Assembly: GCA_016776605.1 (NCBI GenBank)
Contig: JADHTB010000010.1
Span: forward strand, 8,727-72,726
Origin: Alphaproteobacteria bacterium
GTDB taxonomy: Bacteria; Pseudomonadota; Alphaproteobacteria; GCA-2731375
Length of the DNA stretch: 64,000 nt
Direction: 5' to 3'
In this document: in pieces, positions 8,642-18,235 of the stretch
Position numbering within the stretch: the stretch's first letter is position 1
Layout: every line of letters begins with the position of its first letter
Program-made: the position numbers and the translations under genes
The notes under the pieces: generated by a model
The model's input: the letters and a program-made list of their open reading frames with translations, nothing else
Databases searched by the model: none
Told to the model about the DNA's origin: nothing

Positions 8642-10125
8642 CCCGGTCCCGGCTCGTTGATGTTGTCCAGGGGATAGATCGGGCGGCGCACATTCTTATA
8701 GTCCAGCAGGCTGTTGTCCGACGTGGTGACGCCAACGCCATCCAGGGTAATGGTGTGCTTGGCGATGGGGGCGAAGCCAGCCCGGTAATGAATGCGGGAT
8801 TTCAACAGGACATAGCGTTTGTAGGCCGGATCAATCCCGACGGAGAGGAAAATGCCCTGATCCCAGGGTTCGTGGTGGCGGGAAACCACGACGATCTGCA
8901 GCTTGCCCGTATCCAGTACCGCGGTCGGTCCCATCCGCACGTTCAAGCCGTGGTACATGGGCCCGCGCACGGTCCATTCGCCATCGCTGAGCACCTTCAC
9001 CTTGCCCGTGACCAGCATCGGTTCGCCCTTGCGGCCGATAGACGGCATGTCCGTCTTGCCGCCCAGGGCAAGGGTTACCGTGGCACCGACACCTGCCTGC
9101 ATCATCTGTTGTACGGCGTCCGGATCCCACAGACCGCCCACGGCCACCTCATCCAGGCCCTGGCGGATCACTTCCTCGATCACGGTCATGACGTCCTGAT
9201 TGCCGCCCGAGCCGGTATTGTCCGCATGATCCAGCAGAATGACCGGCCCGTCCGTTATCCCCTTGGCCCGGGCCACGGCGTCGGCAAGAGGTTCATGGCC
9301 ATAAAGGTGATCGTCGCGATGCTCCCACATCTCTGCCCGCAGGCGGTCCACCACGCCTTGGGCGGCGGCCATGTTGCCGTCCGCAATGGTGATGCAGGAG
9401 ATACCGGCGTCCTGAATATCAGCCAGGGCAAAGCCGCCGAATACCGTTGCCGCCATCACCTCGCCCGACGCCTCGGCCTCGCGGGTTAGGCGGATCAGGC
9501 TTTTGAAGGGCTCATCATCGGTGCCCTGGCGCAGGGTCTGGCTAAGGACCGGCACCCGGCCCCAGGCCATTACAGGGTCAGCCTCGCCCCGCACTTTCGC
9601 CAACAGGATCTTGCCCACCGTGGTTCCCACCTCGAACATGTCCGTATGCGGGTAGGTTTTATAGCCGATCAGGGCGTCGCAATTAGCCACCATGGCCTGG
9701 GTCAGATTGGCGTGCAGATCGCAGGTCACGCAGATCGGCGTGCTGGGGGCTGCTTGCCGCACACGGGCCAGCAGGGTGCCCTCGCCGTCCGGCGTGCTTT
9801 CGGTCACCATGGCGCCATGCAGATCCAGCATGATGGCGTCACAGCCCTTGGCCACCGCCTCCAATATGGCATCCGACATGCGGTTATAGGCATCGTCGGC
9901 GACCGGCCCCGACGGCATCGCCTCGGCCGCGATGGGAGAGATTATTTCCGCATCCGCCTCCCGGCATAGCTTGATATAGGCCGACAGGGTCATATTGGTG
10001 GGTTCGTAGGCGCGGATCACGTCCCCGCCAAAAGCGACGCTCCAATCCTCGAACCGGGACCAGGGCGTGGGCACCGGCGAAAAGGTATTGGTTTCGTGTT
10101 TCATCATGGCCATGACCACGCGCAT
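8638..10125 (-). CDS. M81-family metallopeptidase (MlrC/microcystinase C-like, DUF1485/DUF1446 architecture)
   Basis: N-terminal HETNTFSP motif and the overall MlrC-like sequence. Chosen start is the ATG at 10123-10125, with GGAGG 7 nt upstream; the track ORF extends to a TTG at 10164. Confidence 0.7.
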   Translation of the reverse strand: MRVVMAMMKHETNTFSPVPTPWSRFEDWSVAFGGDVIRAYEPTNMTLSAYIKLCREADAEIISPIAAEAMPSGPVADDAYNRMSDAILEAVAKGCDAIMLDLHGAMVTESTPDGEGTLLARVRQAAPSTPICVTCDLHANLTQAMVANCDALIGYKTYPHTDMFEVGTTVGKILLAKVRGEADPVMAWGRVPVLSQTLRQGTDDEPFKSLIRLTREAEASGEVMAATVFGGFALADIQDAGISCITIADGNMAAAQGVVDRLRAEMWEHRDDHLYGHEPLADAVARAKGITDGPVILLDHADNTGSGGNQDVMTVIEEVIRQGLDEVAVGGLWDPDAVQQMMQAGVGATVTLALGGKTDMPSIGRKGEPMLVTGKVKVLSDGEWTVRGPMYHGLNVRMGPTAVLDTGKLQIVVVSRHHEPWDQGIFLSVGIDPAYKRYVLLKSRIHYRAGFAPIAKHTITLDGVGVTTSDNSLLDYKNVRRPIYPLDNINEPGPG

Positions 10126-10213
10126 GATTAACCCTCCGCGATAAAGTCGAGACGTTATTGCCAAGCATAATACAAAAGAAAACGCCCGGCGCGATGGCCG
10201 GGCGTCTTAACCG

Positions 10214-10326
10214 TGATTATTCGGTTAGAGCAATTCCGAATTAATGAGAATCGCGGAGCGATTCTAAGTGATTGGAAAAATTGCTCTAATTCTAAAGATC
10301 TGAGCATTTTCATTCTGAAAATGCTC
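10214..10326 (+). repeat. Copy A of the ~110-bp AT-rich intergenic repeat (MITE-like) with CTAGAGCAATT-type termini and two internal palindromes
   Basis: Near-identical to 18124..18232 and to the reverse complement of 23497..23604. Internal palindromes GAATCGCGGAGCGATTC and GAGCATTTTCATTCTGAAAATGCTC. Confidence 0.85.
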
Positions 10327-10341
10327 TAGAGCAATTATTAT

Positions 10342-11073
10342 TTAGTTGCGGTTGCCGAACAGCCGCAGCAGCATCAGGAACAGGTTGATAAAGTCCAGAT
10401 ACAGCCGCAAGGCGCCCATGATCGCTTTTTTGCTCATGGTCGCTTCGCTATCGGCATGAGAATACATTTCCTTGATCTTCTGGGTGTCATAGGCAGTCAG
10501 ACCCGTGAAAACCAGGACGCCGATGACCGAGATGACCCACTGCATCATGGCCGAGGCCAGGAAGATGTTGACCACCGATGCCACGATGATGCCGATCAGG
10601 CCCATCATCAGGAAGCTGCCCCAGGCGGAAAGATCCTTTTTAGTGGTATAGCCGTACAGGCTCATGGCGCCGAATGTCACGGACGTGATCATGAAGACCC
10701 GAACAATGGAGGTCTGGGTATAGACCACGAAGATCGAAGCCAGCGAAGCCCCCATCAGCGCGGCAAAAATCCAGAACGTGGCCTGGGCTGCGCCGGTGCT
10801 CATCTTTTCAATGCGCGCGCCAAGGAACATCACCAGTCCCAGCGGCGCCAGCATCACCACCCACATCAATGGAGTGCCGAAGATCACCTGCATCAGGGCC
10901 GGCGTATTGGCCACCGCATAAGCGACAATGCCGCTGAGCAGCAGGCCCGAACCCATATAATTGTAGACCCGCAGCATATAGGCGCGCAGACCTTCATCAA
11001 TCCGCGTATCGGCTGCCGCACCGGCCTGACCTCTGGTCTGACCGAAAACCGAACTTCTAGGATCCATTGCCAT
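10342..11073 (-). CDS. Bax inhibitor-1/YccA family membrane protein
   Basis: Seven hydrophobic segments and similarity to the BI-1/YccA family, including the typical Lys-rich charged C-terminus. Confidence 0.8.
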   Translation of the reverse strand: MAMDPRSSVFGQTRGQAGAAADTRIDEGLRAYMLRVYNYMGSGLLLSGIVAYAVANTPALMQVIFGTPLMWVVMLAPLGLVMFLGARIEKMSTGAAQATFWIFAALMGASLASIFVVYTQTSIVRVFMITSVTFGAMSLYGYTTKKDLSAWGSFLMMGLIGIIVASVVNIFLASAMMQWVISVIGVLVFTGLTAYDTQKIKEMYSHADSEATMSKKAIMGALRLYLDFINLFLMLLRLFGNRN

Positions 11074-11243
11074 TTATTCAACCCCTTGTTGTAGCAAGCG
11101 CATTGCCGCCGCTCTCTCAAGCCGCGCATTCATCTAAGTTCAATATTGGTGAAAAGACCCGATACTTCAAGGCCTTTGGTGCCAATACGAAGTTTCTTCG
11201 GATAATTCCGGGTAGGACTGATTTAGCGCCGTTATGTCCTATC

Positions 11244-13787
11244 CTATTCGTTGCGCAACAGCGGCGCGGGCTTTTGGCTCATGGCCAGCCAGGTCCCCAA
11301 CATCCCCGCGCCCACGGTCACAATCAGACAGATCAGCGTGGTCACAAGGACGCCGTGCGGCAGCCAATACCAGGGCATACCCATGATTTGCGCCACCACC
11401 GCATAGCCAGCGGCCGTGCCGACCCCGGCGGCCAGAATGGCGGTAATCAGCCCTAATAGAGAATATTCCAGGAAATAGGTCAGCAACACGCGCCTTCTGG
11501 TTGCACCCAGAACCTTTAACACCACGGCATCATAGACCCGGCGCCGATGATTGGCGGCAACCGCGCCCGCCAGCACCAGGACGCCCGCCGCCAGGGCCAC
11601 GGTGGCGGTGGCGCGCACGGCAATACCGATGTTGCGCAGGATGCCATTGACCGCCTCCAGGGCCTCGCGAATTCGGATCGCGGTAATGTTGGGATAGGTA
11701 TCCGTCACCGCCATCTGTAAAGGTAGTTCGGCGGCAGGGGTGGTTTTCGCCGTCGCGATGAAGGTTTGCGGGGCCCCTTCCAGGGCGCCGGGGGCAAATA
11801 CAATGACGAAATTGATGCCCATGGTGGACCAATCGATGCGGCGCAGATTGGCGATTTCAGCCTCGATCTCGCGGCCCAGCACATTCAGGGTCAGACGGTC
11901 GCCGACACCAATGTTCATACCCTCGGCAATGGCCGCATCGAAAGAAATCAGCGGCGGCCCCGCATAGTCCGCCGGCCACCATTTTCCCGCTACGATCTCG
12001 GTGTGCGGCGGCGGCAGGGCGGTATAGGTCAGGCCACGGTCGCCATGCGCCGCCCAGGCGGCGTGCGGCGCCACCTTGAACTTGGCCACATCAATGTCAT
12101 TAATTTTGACGATACGGCCGCGCAGGGCCGGGACGTGCTGGATCTCCTCCACGCCGTCGATGTCTTTGGCCAAGGCTTCAAATGGCGCCACCTGGTCGGG
12201 CAGGATATCGATAAAGAAGAATGCCGGCGCTTTTTCGGGCAGCCGTTCGTTGACCTGCAAATTCATATTGCCTTCAACCGCGATCACCGCCACCAATACG
12301 GACAGGCCCAGGCCGAAGGACTGCACCACGGGGATGGTCGCCGCGCCCGGCCGGTACAGATTGGTCAGGGCCAGCCGCAGCACCGCCCCCCAACGCCTGG
12401 ATCGCGGCCGAGGCAGCCGGCGCGCCAGATCGACGATGCCCAGTCCAGCGCCCAGGAAGGCCACCATGGCCGCCGCCGCTCCACAAACGAACCAAATGGC
12501 GAAACGTTGCTCCTCCGCCGTCAGGATGGCCAGGCCGGCCAGCGCGGCGAAGCTTAGCGCGGCCAGCCCCATATAACGCCACGACGGCCGGGCCAGCATG
12601 GGTGCCGCCAGATCGCGAAACAAGGCGCCCGCCGGCACGCTCTGGGCCCGGGCCAGCGGCCAGATGGCAAAGGCCAATGCCGTGAGAAAACCATAGGTGG
12701 CGGCCAGCAACAGCGGCAGCGGATGCAAATTGAACTGAATTTGAAACGGCAGCAAATCAGCCAGCAAACCCGACAGCAACGGCGGCACGCCGGCACCGAC
12801 CACCAATCCCGCGACGACGCCCAGCCCGGTCAGGGTCATCACCAACAGCAAATAAACCTGAAAGATCAACCGCGACGGCGCGCCCAGGCATTTCAGAGTA
12901 GCGATGGTCCCGGTCTTGCCTTCAAGAAAGCTGCGCACCGCATTACCAATACCCAAGCCCCCCACCAACAGCGCGGTCAGACCCACCAGGGTCAGAAACA
13001 GGCGCATACGGTCGATGAACCGTTTTAGGCCAGGCGCACCATTGCGCACATCACGGATGCGCCAGCCGGCTTCGGGAAAGCGGTTCTTGAGGTCTTCGAT
13101 CCAGGCCACCACATCGCTATTCGCCGGCAGGGCGATGCGATAGCGGTACTTCACCTGGCTGCCTTCGCGGATCAGCGCCGTTGCCTCCAGGCTGGCCTTG
13201 GCCACCATCAGGCGCGGGCCAAGGACAAAGGCATCGGCACCCCGGTCCGGCTCCCGCTGAATGGCGGCGGCAATACGGTAGGTCGTCTCGCCGACCCGGA
13301 CCTGATCGCCGGCCTTTAAGTTCAGGCGCTGTAAAAGCACCGGCTCCGCCACCGCGCCGGGCAGGCCGTCTTTAACCGCGAATGCGCTGGCCAGGTCCTG
13401 GCCCTGATCCAATTGCATGCGGCCATACAAGGGATAGCGCCCGTCCACGCCCTTTAACTCGATCAGGCCCCGCTGACGCCCGTCCATGCGGCGCGCCATG
13501 GCGCGCATTTCGGTGACCTGACTGACTTGGCCGGCGGCCCGCAAATAGGCCAATTGCGCCGGCTTGGCGGGCTGCTGGGACAGGCGCAGTTCCACATCGC
13601 CGCCCAATAGCAGACGGCCGTCCCGATGCAGCCCGTCAACCAGGGCATCCGACAGGGAACCAACCCCGGCAATGGCGCTGACGCCAAGGGCGACGCACAG
13701 CAAAAGGATACGAAAACCACGCAGACCGCCGCGCAATTCCCGCCGGGCAATGGTAAACGCAAGGCGGCGGGGGAACATGGTTTTCAA
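11244..13787 (-). CDS. ybbP: ABC transporter permease with duplicated FtsX domains (YbbP-like)
   Basis: 847 aa with two FtsX-type four-transmembrane modules and large periplasmic loops. The adjacent ATPase gene and a divergent tesA reproduce the tesA-ybbA-ybbP arrangement of E. coli. Confidence 0.75.
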   Translation of the reverse strand: MKTMFPRRLAFTIARRELRGGLRGFRILLLCVALGVSAIAGVGSLSDALVDGLHRDGRLLLGGDVELRLSQQPAKPAQLAYLRAAGQVSQVTEMRAMARRMDGRQRGLIELKGVDGRYPLYGRMQLDQGQDLASAFAVKDGLPGAVAEPVLLQRLNLKAGDQVRVGETTYRIAAAIQREPDRGADAFVLGPRLMVAKASLEATALIREGSQVKYRYRIALPANSDVVAWIEDLKNRFPEAGWRIRDVRNGAPGLKRFIDRMRLFLTLVGLTALLVGGLGIGNAVRSFLEGKTGTIATLKCLGAPSRLIFQVYLLLVMTLTGLGVVAGLVVGAGVPPLLSGLLADLLPFQIQFNLHPLPLLLAATYGFLTALAFAIWPLARAQSVPAGALFRDLAAPMLARPSWRYMGLAALSFAALAGLAILTAEEQRFAIWFVCGAAAAMVAFLGAGLGIVDLARRLPRPRSRRWGAVLRLALTNLYRPGAATIPVVQSFGLGLSVLVAVIAVEGNMNLQVNERLPEKAPAFFFIDILPDQVAPFEALAKDIDGVEEIQHVPALRGRIVKINDIDVAKFKVAPHAAWAAHGDRGLTYTALPPPHTEIVAGKWWPADYAGPPLISFDAAIAEGMNIGVGDRLTLNVLGREIEAEIANLRRIDWSTMGINFVIVFAPGALEGAPQTFIATAKTTPAAELPLQMAVTDTYPNITAIRIREALEAVNGILRNIGIAVRATATVALAAGVLVLAGAVAANHRRRVYDAVVLKVLGATRRRVLLTYFLEYSLLGLITAILAAGVGTAAGYAVVAQIMGMPWYWLPHGVLVTTLICLIVTVGAGMLGTWLAMSQKPAPLLRNE

Positions 13788-14485
13788 TTCGCCGCCATGG
13801 ACGGCGCTTCATCCAGGCGGCCATCGCGCATGTGAACAATGCGGTCACAGCGTTCCGCCAGGGCGGGGTCGTGGGTGATCAGGATCAGCGTACTATTGGC
13901 GGCCCGATGCAGGCGGAACATCAATTCGATGATCGCCCCGCCCGTGGCGCCATCCAGATTGCCCGTGGGCTCGTCCGCCAACAGCAGACTGGGGCGGTGG
14001 ACCACGGCCCGGGCCAGGGCGACCCGCTGTTGTTCGCCACCCGATAGTTGCGATGGATAGTGACTTAAACGATGCTGCAGGCCAACTTCGGTCAAGGCCG
14101 CCGCCGCGCCGGCGAAGGCATCCCGTACGCCGGCGAATTCGAGGGGCATGGCGACGTTTTCCAGGGCCGACATGGTCGGGATCAGATGAAAGGATTGGAA
14201 AACGATGCCCACATGGTCACGGCGGAACAGGGCCAGGGCGTCTTCGCCCAAATCCTGCAAGGCCTGGCCCGCAACCTGGACCCGGCCGCGGCTGGGGCGT
14301 TCCAGGCCGGCCATCACCGCCATCAAGGTGGATTTGCCGGAGCCCGAGGGGCCAACCAGACCGACCGTTTCACCCCTGGGGACAGACAGGTCAACGCCGC
14401 GTAAGATGTCCACCGGCCCGGCCTCGCTGGGCAGGGTCAAATGCACATCGTTCAGGTCGATCATGATATCAGCAGAATTTGTCAT
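13784..14485 (-). CDS. ybbA: ABC transporter ATP-binding protein (YbbA/LolD-like)
   Basis: Walker A GPSGSGKST, signature LSGGEQQRVALARA, Walker B LLLADEPTGNLD. The track ORF extends to 14506; an internal Met start is chosen to leave room for a divergent promoter region. Confidence 0.8.
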   Translation of the reverse strand: MTNSADIMIDLNDVHLTLPSEAGPVDILRGVDLSVPRGETVGLVGPSGSGKSTLMAVMAGLERPSRGRVQVAGQALQDLGEDALALFRRDHVGIVFQSFHLIPTMSALENVAMPLEFAGVRDAFAGAAAALTEVGLQHRLSHYPSQLSGGEQQRVALARAVVHRPSLLLADEPTGNLDGATGGAIIELMFRLHRAANSTLILITHDPALAERCDRIVHMRDGRLDEAPSMAAN

Positions 14486-14513
14486 AGGTTCCCTATCCGC
14501 CCGCAAGGTATCC

Positions 14514-15161
14514 GTGGCAGATGGCTACGTCACGCGACTTGTCAAGGCGGCGGTTCTTTTTGCCGCCCTGTTTTGGCTAAGTCCCGCCGCCTGGGCAGGG
14601 GAACAAGTGGTCCTGACCTATGGTGACAGCCTGACCGCCGGCTATGGCCTGCCGGCGGCCGATGGCTTCGTGGCCCGGCTGCAAGCCAGCCTGCGGCAGC
14701 GGGGCCGCGACGTGCGGGTGCGGAACGGCAGCGTCTCGGGCGAGACCACGGCCGGCGGCCGGGCGCGGCTGGCCTGGACCTTAACCGGACAGATCGATCT
14801 GGTGATCCTGGAACTGGGCGCCAATGATGTTCTACGCGGCATCGATCCGGTGGAAACCCGCCGTAATCTGGACAACATCCTGACAGCGCTTCGCCAACGC
14901 GGCTTGCCCGTCCTGCTGGCCGGCATGCGGTCGCCGCCCAACCTGGGGCCTATTTATGCCCAGGCTCACAACAAGATTTATCCCGACCTTGCCCGCGGCC
15001 ATGGCGTCACCCTGTATCCATTTTTTCTGCAAGGGGTGGCGGCGCGGAAGGCGCTTAATCAAGCCGATGGCATCCACCCGAATGCCGCCGGGGTGCAGGT
15101 CATTGTCGATGCCATGACGCCATATGTGCTAGACCTGCTGGATCGCAAGACGGGGGAGTGA
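14514..15161 (+). CDS. tesA: SGNH/GDSL arylesterase (multifunctional acyl-CoA thioesterase I/protease I/lysophospholipase L1-like)
   Basis: GDSLTAGYG block I after a predicted signal peptide. GTG start at 14514 in frame with the longer track ORF. Divergent from ybbA, as in E. coli. Confidence 0.8.
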   Translation: MADGYVTRLVKAAVLFAALFWLSPAAWAGEQVVLTYGDSLTAGYGLPAADGFVARLQASLRQRGRDVRVRNGSVSGETTAGGRARLAWTLTGQIDLVILELGANDVLRGIDPVETRRNLDNILTALRQRGLPVLLAGMRSPPNLGPIYAQAHNKIYPDLARGHGVTLYPFFLQGVAARKALNQADGIHPNAAGVQVIVDAMTPYVLDLLDRKTGE

Positions 15162-15165
15162 CAGA

Positions 15166-15750
15166 TTGCGGCTGTTCGTGGCGATTTCATTGCCGGACCG
15201 GATCAAGGATACCCTGACCGCGCTTTGCGGTGGGGTTGACGGCGCCCGCTGGCGCGACCGCGCGCAATTGCATCTGACCCTTCGCTTCATTGGCGAGGTC
15301 GATGGCGCCATGGCCCGGGACATTGACGATGTTCTGCACCGGATCACGATGCCGGCCTTTTCCCTGACCCTGCGGCGCACCGGCTTTTTCAAGGAACGCA
15401 AGCTGGCCCGTGTGCTGTGGGCGGGCGTTGAAGACCATAAGCCGCTGCGTACCTTGCATGGCAAGATCCAGCACGGCTTGCAGGCCATTGGCCTGGAGCC
15501 GGAGCATCGCCGCTACCACCCCCACGTCACCCTGGCCCGTCTGGACGGCATCGCCCCCTTGGAGGCAGAAGGCTATGCCGCGCGTTATAGCGAATACGCC
15601 TCGCCGCCCTTCACGGTGGACCATTTTAGCTTAATCTCGTCCCACCTGGCGCGGCAAGGGGCTATTTATACGGTGGAAGCGGATTATGCCCTGGATCAAT
15701 CTCTGGAATCTTCAATCGCCGCCATATCCGCATCGGAGAATCCGAAATGA
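15166..15750 (+). CDS. thpR: RNA 2',3'-cyclic phosphodiesterase (2H family, LigT/ThpR)
   Basis: Two H-x-T/S-x motifs (HLTLRF and HVTLAR) about 80 aa apart; 194 aa. Confidence 0.8.
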   Translation: MRLFVAISLPDRIKDTLTALCGGVDGARWRDRAQLHLTLRFIGEVDGAMARDIDDVLHRITMPAFSLTLRRTGFFKERKLARVLWAGVEDHKPLRTLHGKIQHGLQAIGLEPEHRRYHPHVTLARLDGIAPLEAEGYAARYSEYASPPFTVDHFSLISSHLARQGAIYTVEADYALDQSLESSIAAISASENPK

Positions 15751-16097
15751 TGGCCGATTTCATGGATCAGGACATGCCGCACAAGATTTTTCAGTTCTTC
15801 GCCGCATTCAATCCAGTATTCCAGCAGGGGCCGGCGGTAGAGGAAGATGATGTCCACATCTTCGGGCACGGCCGTAACGCTTTTCCGCTCCAGACTGACG
15901 CCGCTGTACATTCCCAGCAGATCGTAGGGTGTATTCAGGGCCAACGCACGGATGGTTTCGTCATCGGGAAAGTCGACCACCTGGATCACCAGATCGGTCA
16001 ATTGCTGCCGCAGCGGCGGCGGAATGCGGTCCAACGTGGCCCGCGCCATGTCCTCTATTTCGGCCAACGTAGGGGCCATGCTGTTGCCCTTTGCCAT
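15696..16097 (-). CDS. Small zinc metallopeptidase-family protein (HExxH)
   Basis: HEIGHHFGFSD zincin-like motif; about 130 aa. Convergent with thpR, overlapping its 3' end by about 55 nt. Confidence 0.6.
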   Translation of the reverse strand: MAKGNSMAPTLAEIEDMARATLDRIPPPLRQQLTDLVIQVVDFPDDETIRALALNTPYDLLGMYSGVSLERKSVTAVPEDVDIIFLYRRPLLEYWIECGEELKNLVRHVLIHEIGHHFGFSDADMAAIEDSRD

Positions 16098-16156
16098 GGG
16101 CCGCAGTTTAACGCTCCGCCCAGCCCGCCGCCAGAGCCGTTCCGGGGTTCCATGCC

Positions 16157-17815
16157 ATGAATTGGCGAATTAAAGGCGTGATTATTCTGCTGGGTGTCGT
16201 TTCAGGTTATGCGCAGCCGGCGCGGGCCGACTTTTTTGCCGGCCTGAAAGCCTATGGCCAGGGTGATTTTGCCACCGCGCGGACGCAATGGCAAGGGACG
16301 GCGGCAGACGACACGAACAAGGCCATGGCCCATTACCGCCTGGGCCTTATGCTGGTACATGGCACCGGTGTGGATAAAGACCCCGACACCGGCGTGGCCT
16401 GGCTGCGCCGGGCCGGGGAAGACGGTCTGACGTTGGCCCAATTAGATCTGGCGGAGCTGTTGTTCACGGGCGTTGATCTGCCGGTGGATTACCCGGAGGC
16501 CTTGAAATGGAGCCAGGCAGCGGCGAAATCCGACAATGCATGGGCGCGCTATTACCTGGGCCGTCATTTTGACCGCGGCCTTGGCGTGCCTCTGGATTAT
16601 CATGCCGCCTTACGCCATTTCCAGTTCGCGGCGGAACGCGGCGTGGCCCCGGCGCAACGCCGTCTGGGGCAATATCTGGCCGCCGGCATCGCGGTCGATG
16701 CTGACCAGGAAAATGCCCTGCACTGGTTGGCCTTGGCCGCCGAGGGCGGTGACCATCCGGCCCAATACGACCTGGCCCGGCGCTACAATCTGGGCACGGG
16801 CGTGGAAAAAGATCACAAAAAGGCACAGGCGCTCTATCGCCGCGCCGCCGAGGCCGGCAACGCCAAGGCGCAACATGATTTGGCGATGTTTGAAATCAAG
16901 GGCCTGCTGGGCGAGATTGACCTGACAGAGGGGCGGTTTTGGCTGCAACGGGCGGCGGCGGCCGGTATTGCACAATCGCAATTTCAGCTTGGCCACCTGG
17001 AACTGACCCAGCTGCGCCGCCCGCTGTTGATGTTCGAAGCCTTTGATTGGATCGGCCGCGCCTGGCGGCAAAACCATGCGGCCTCGCAAGAGTTGATCAG
17101 CAAACTGGCCAGGGAACTGCCGTCGCGTTTACAGGGAAAAAATCCAGCCGCCAAAATTGACCGCGACGCGACCGCGTTCTGCCTGCTCGCCTACGCCGTT
17201 TCAGCCTGGACGGAAATCGATCAACATTGCGCCAAGATGGCCAAGATCGGGCAAGTCGTGGCGCAGTACGTCATGGGGCAGGTGTATGAATACGGCCAGG
17301 GCCGGCCGTTTGATTTGGTCAAGGCGCAGCAATGGTATCGCCGTGCCGCCATTGCCGGGCTGCCGCGGGCGCAGAATGCCTATGGCCGCATGCTGCTGCG
17401 CGGCCTGGGCGTCAAGCGGAACCCGACAAAAGGCGCGGCCTGGGTGCGGCAGGCGGCGGAACAGGGCTATGCCCCGGCGCAGTTCAATCTGGGTTTCATG
17501 TATCAGGAGGGCTTTGGCGTCGCGGCACAAGTGGTGGCGGCGGCAAACTGGTACCGCCGAGCGGCAGGGCAGGGCCACGCCAGGGCGCAAATTAATCTGG
17601 CGGCGCATTATATGACGGGGAACGGCCTGCCCTACGACCCGATCCAAGCTTATAAGTGGCTGCTTTTGGCCACTATTCCCCAGGGTGTGGACCGCAGCGA
17701 AGGCGGCGTGGCGGCGCAAAAGGCGCGGCGCTCCCAAGGCTTGTTGGCTGCCCGCATGACGCCGGCGCAACTGGAACAGGCCCGGCGCGAAGCCATCGCG
17801 TTTCGGCCGGAATAA
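16157..17815 (+). CDS. Sel1-repeat (TPR-like) protein, secreted
   Basis: N-terminal signal peptide followed by 10 or more Sel1-type repeats of about 36 aa (A..Y.LG..Y..G.GV..D...A..W...AA..G...AQ..LG). Confidence 0.85.
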   Translation: MNWRIKGVIILLGVVSGYAQPARADFFAGLKAYGQGDFATARTQWQGTAADDTNKAMAHYRLGLMLVHGTGVDKDPDTGVAWLRRAGEDGLTLAQLDLAELLFTGVDLPVDYPEALKWSQAAAKSDNAWARYYLGRHFDRGLGVPLDYHAALRHFQFAAERGVAPAQRRLGQYLAAGIAVDADQENALHWLALAAEGGDHPAQYDLARRYNLGTGVEKDHKKAQALYRRAAEAGNAKAQHDLAMFEIKGLLGEIDLTEGRFWLQRAAAAGIAQSQFQLGHLELTQLRRPLLMFEAFDWIGRAWRQNHAASQELISKLARELPSRLQGKNPAAKIDRDATAFCLLAYAVSAWTEIDQHCAKMAKIGQVVAQYVMGQVYEYGQGRPFDLVKAQQWYRRAAIAGLPRAQNAYGRMLLRGLGVKRNPTKGAAWVRQAAEQGYAPAQFNLGFMYQEGFGVAAQVVAAANWYRRAAGQGHARAQINLAAHYMTGNGLPYDPIQAYKWLLLATIPQGVDRSEGGVAAQKARRSQGLLAARMTPAQLEQARREAIAFRPE

Positions 17816-17819
17816 CGTC

Positions 17820-18113
17820 ATGAGCGATCTACTACAAGAAAACTGCCGCCGCGAAGCACTGGCTGGCCTATCCGGCTGGCAACTGCAAGACGGGCGAGAT
17901 GCCATACAGAAATCCTTTACATTCAAGGATTTCAACGCCGCCTTCGCCTTCATGACCCGCATCGCCCTGAAGGCCGAGGCTATGAACCATCACCCGGAAT
18001 GGAACAACGTTTACAACCGGGTGGATATTGTCCTGACCAGCCACGACGTGGCCGGCCTAAGCGAACGGGATATCGTCCTGGCCACCTTCATTGATGCCGC
18101 CGCGTCGGATTGA
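17820..18113 (+). CDS. phhB: 4a-hydroxytetrahydrobiopterin (pterin-4a-carbinolamine) dehydratase
   Basis: [20 protein letters not shown] signature; 97 aa. Lies 4 nt after the Sel1 gene. Confidence 0.85.
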   Translation: MSDLLQENCRREALAGLSGWQLQDGRDAIQKSFTFKDFNAAFAFMTRIALKAEAMNHHPEWNNVYNRVDIVLTSHDVAGLSERDIVLATFIDAAASD

Positions 18114-18123
18114 GCCATCCGGA

Positions 18124-18232
18124 TCTAGAGCAATTCCGGATTAATGAGAATCGCGAAGCGATCCTAAGTGATTGGAAAAACTGCTCTAATTCTAAAGATC
18201 TGAGCATTTTCAGAATGAAAATGCTCTAGAGC
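18124..18232 (+). repeat. Copy B of the ~110-bp intergenic repeat family
   Basis: About 90% identical to copy A over its full length. Confidence 0.85.
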
Positions 18233-18235
18233 GTT

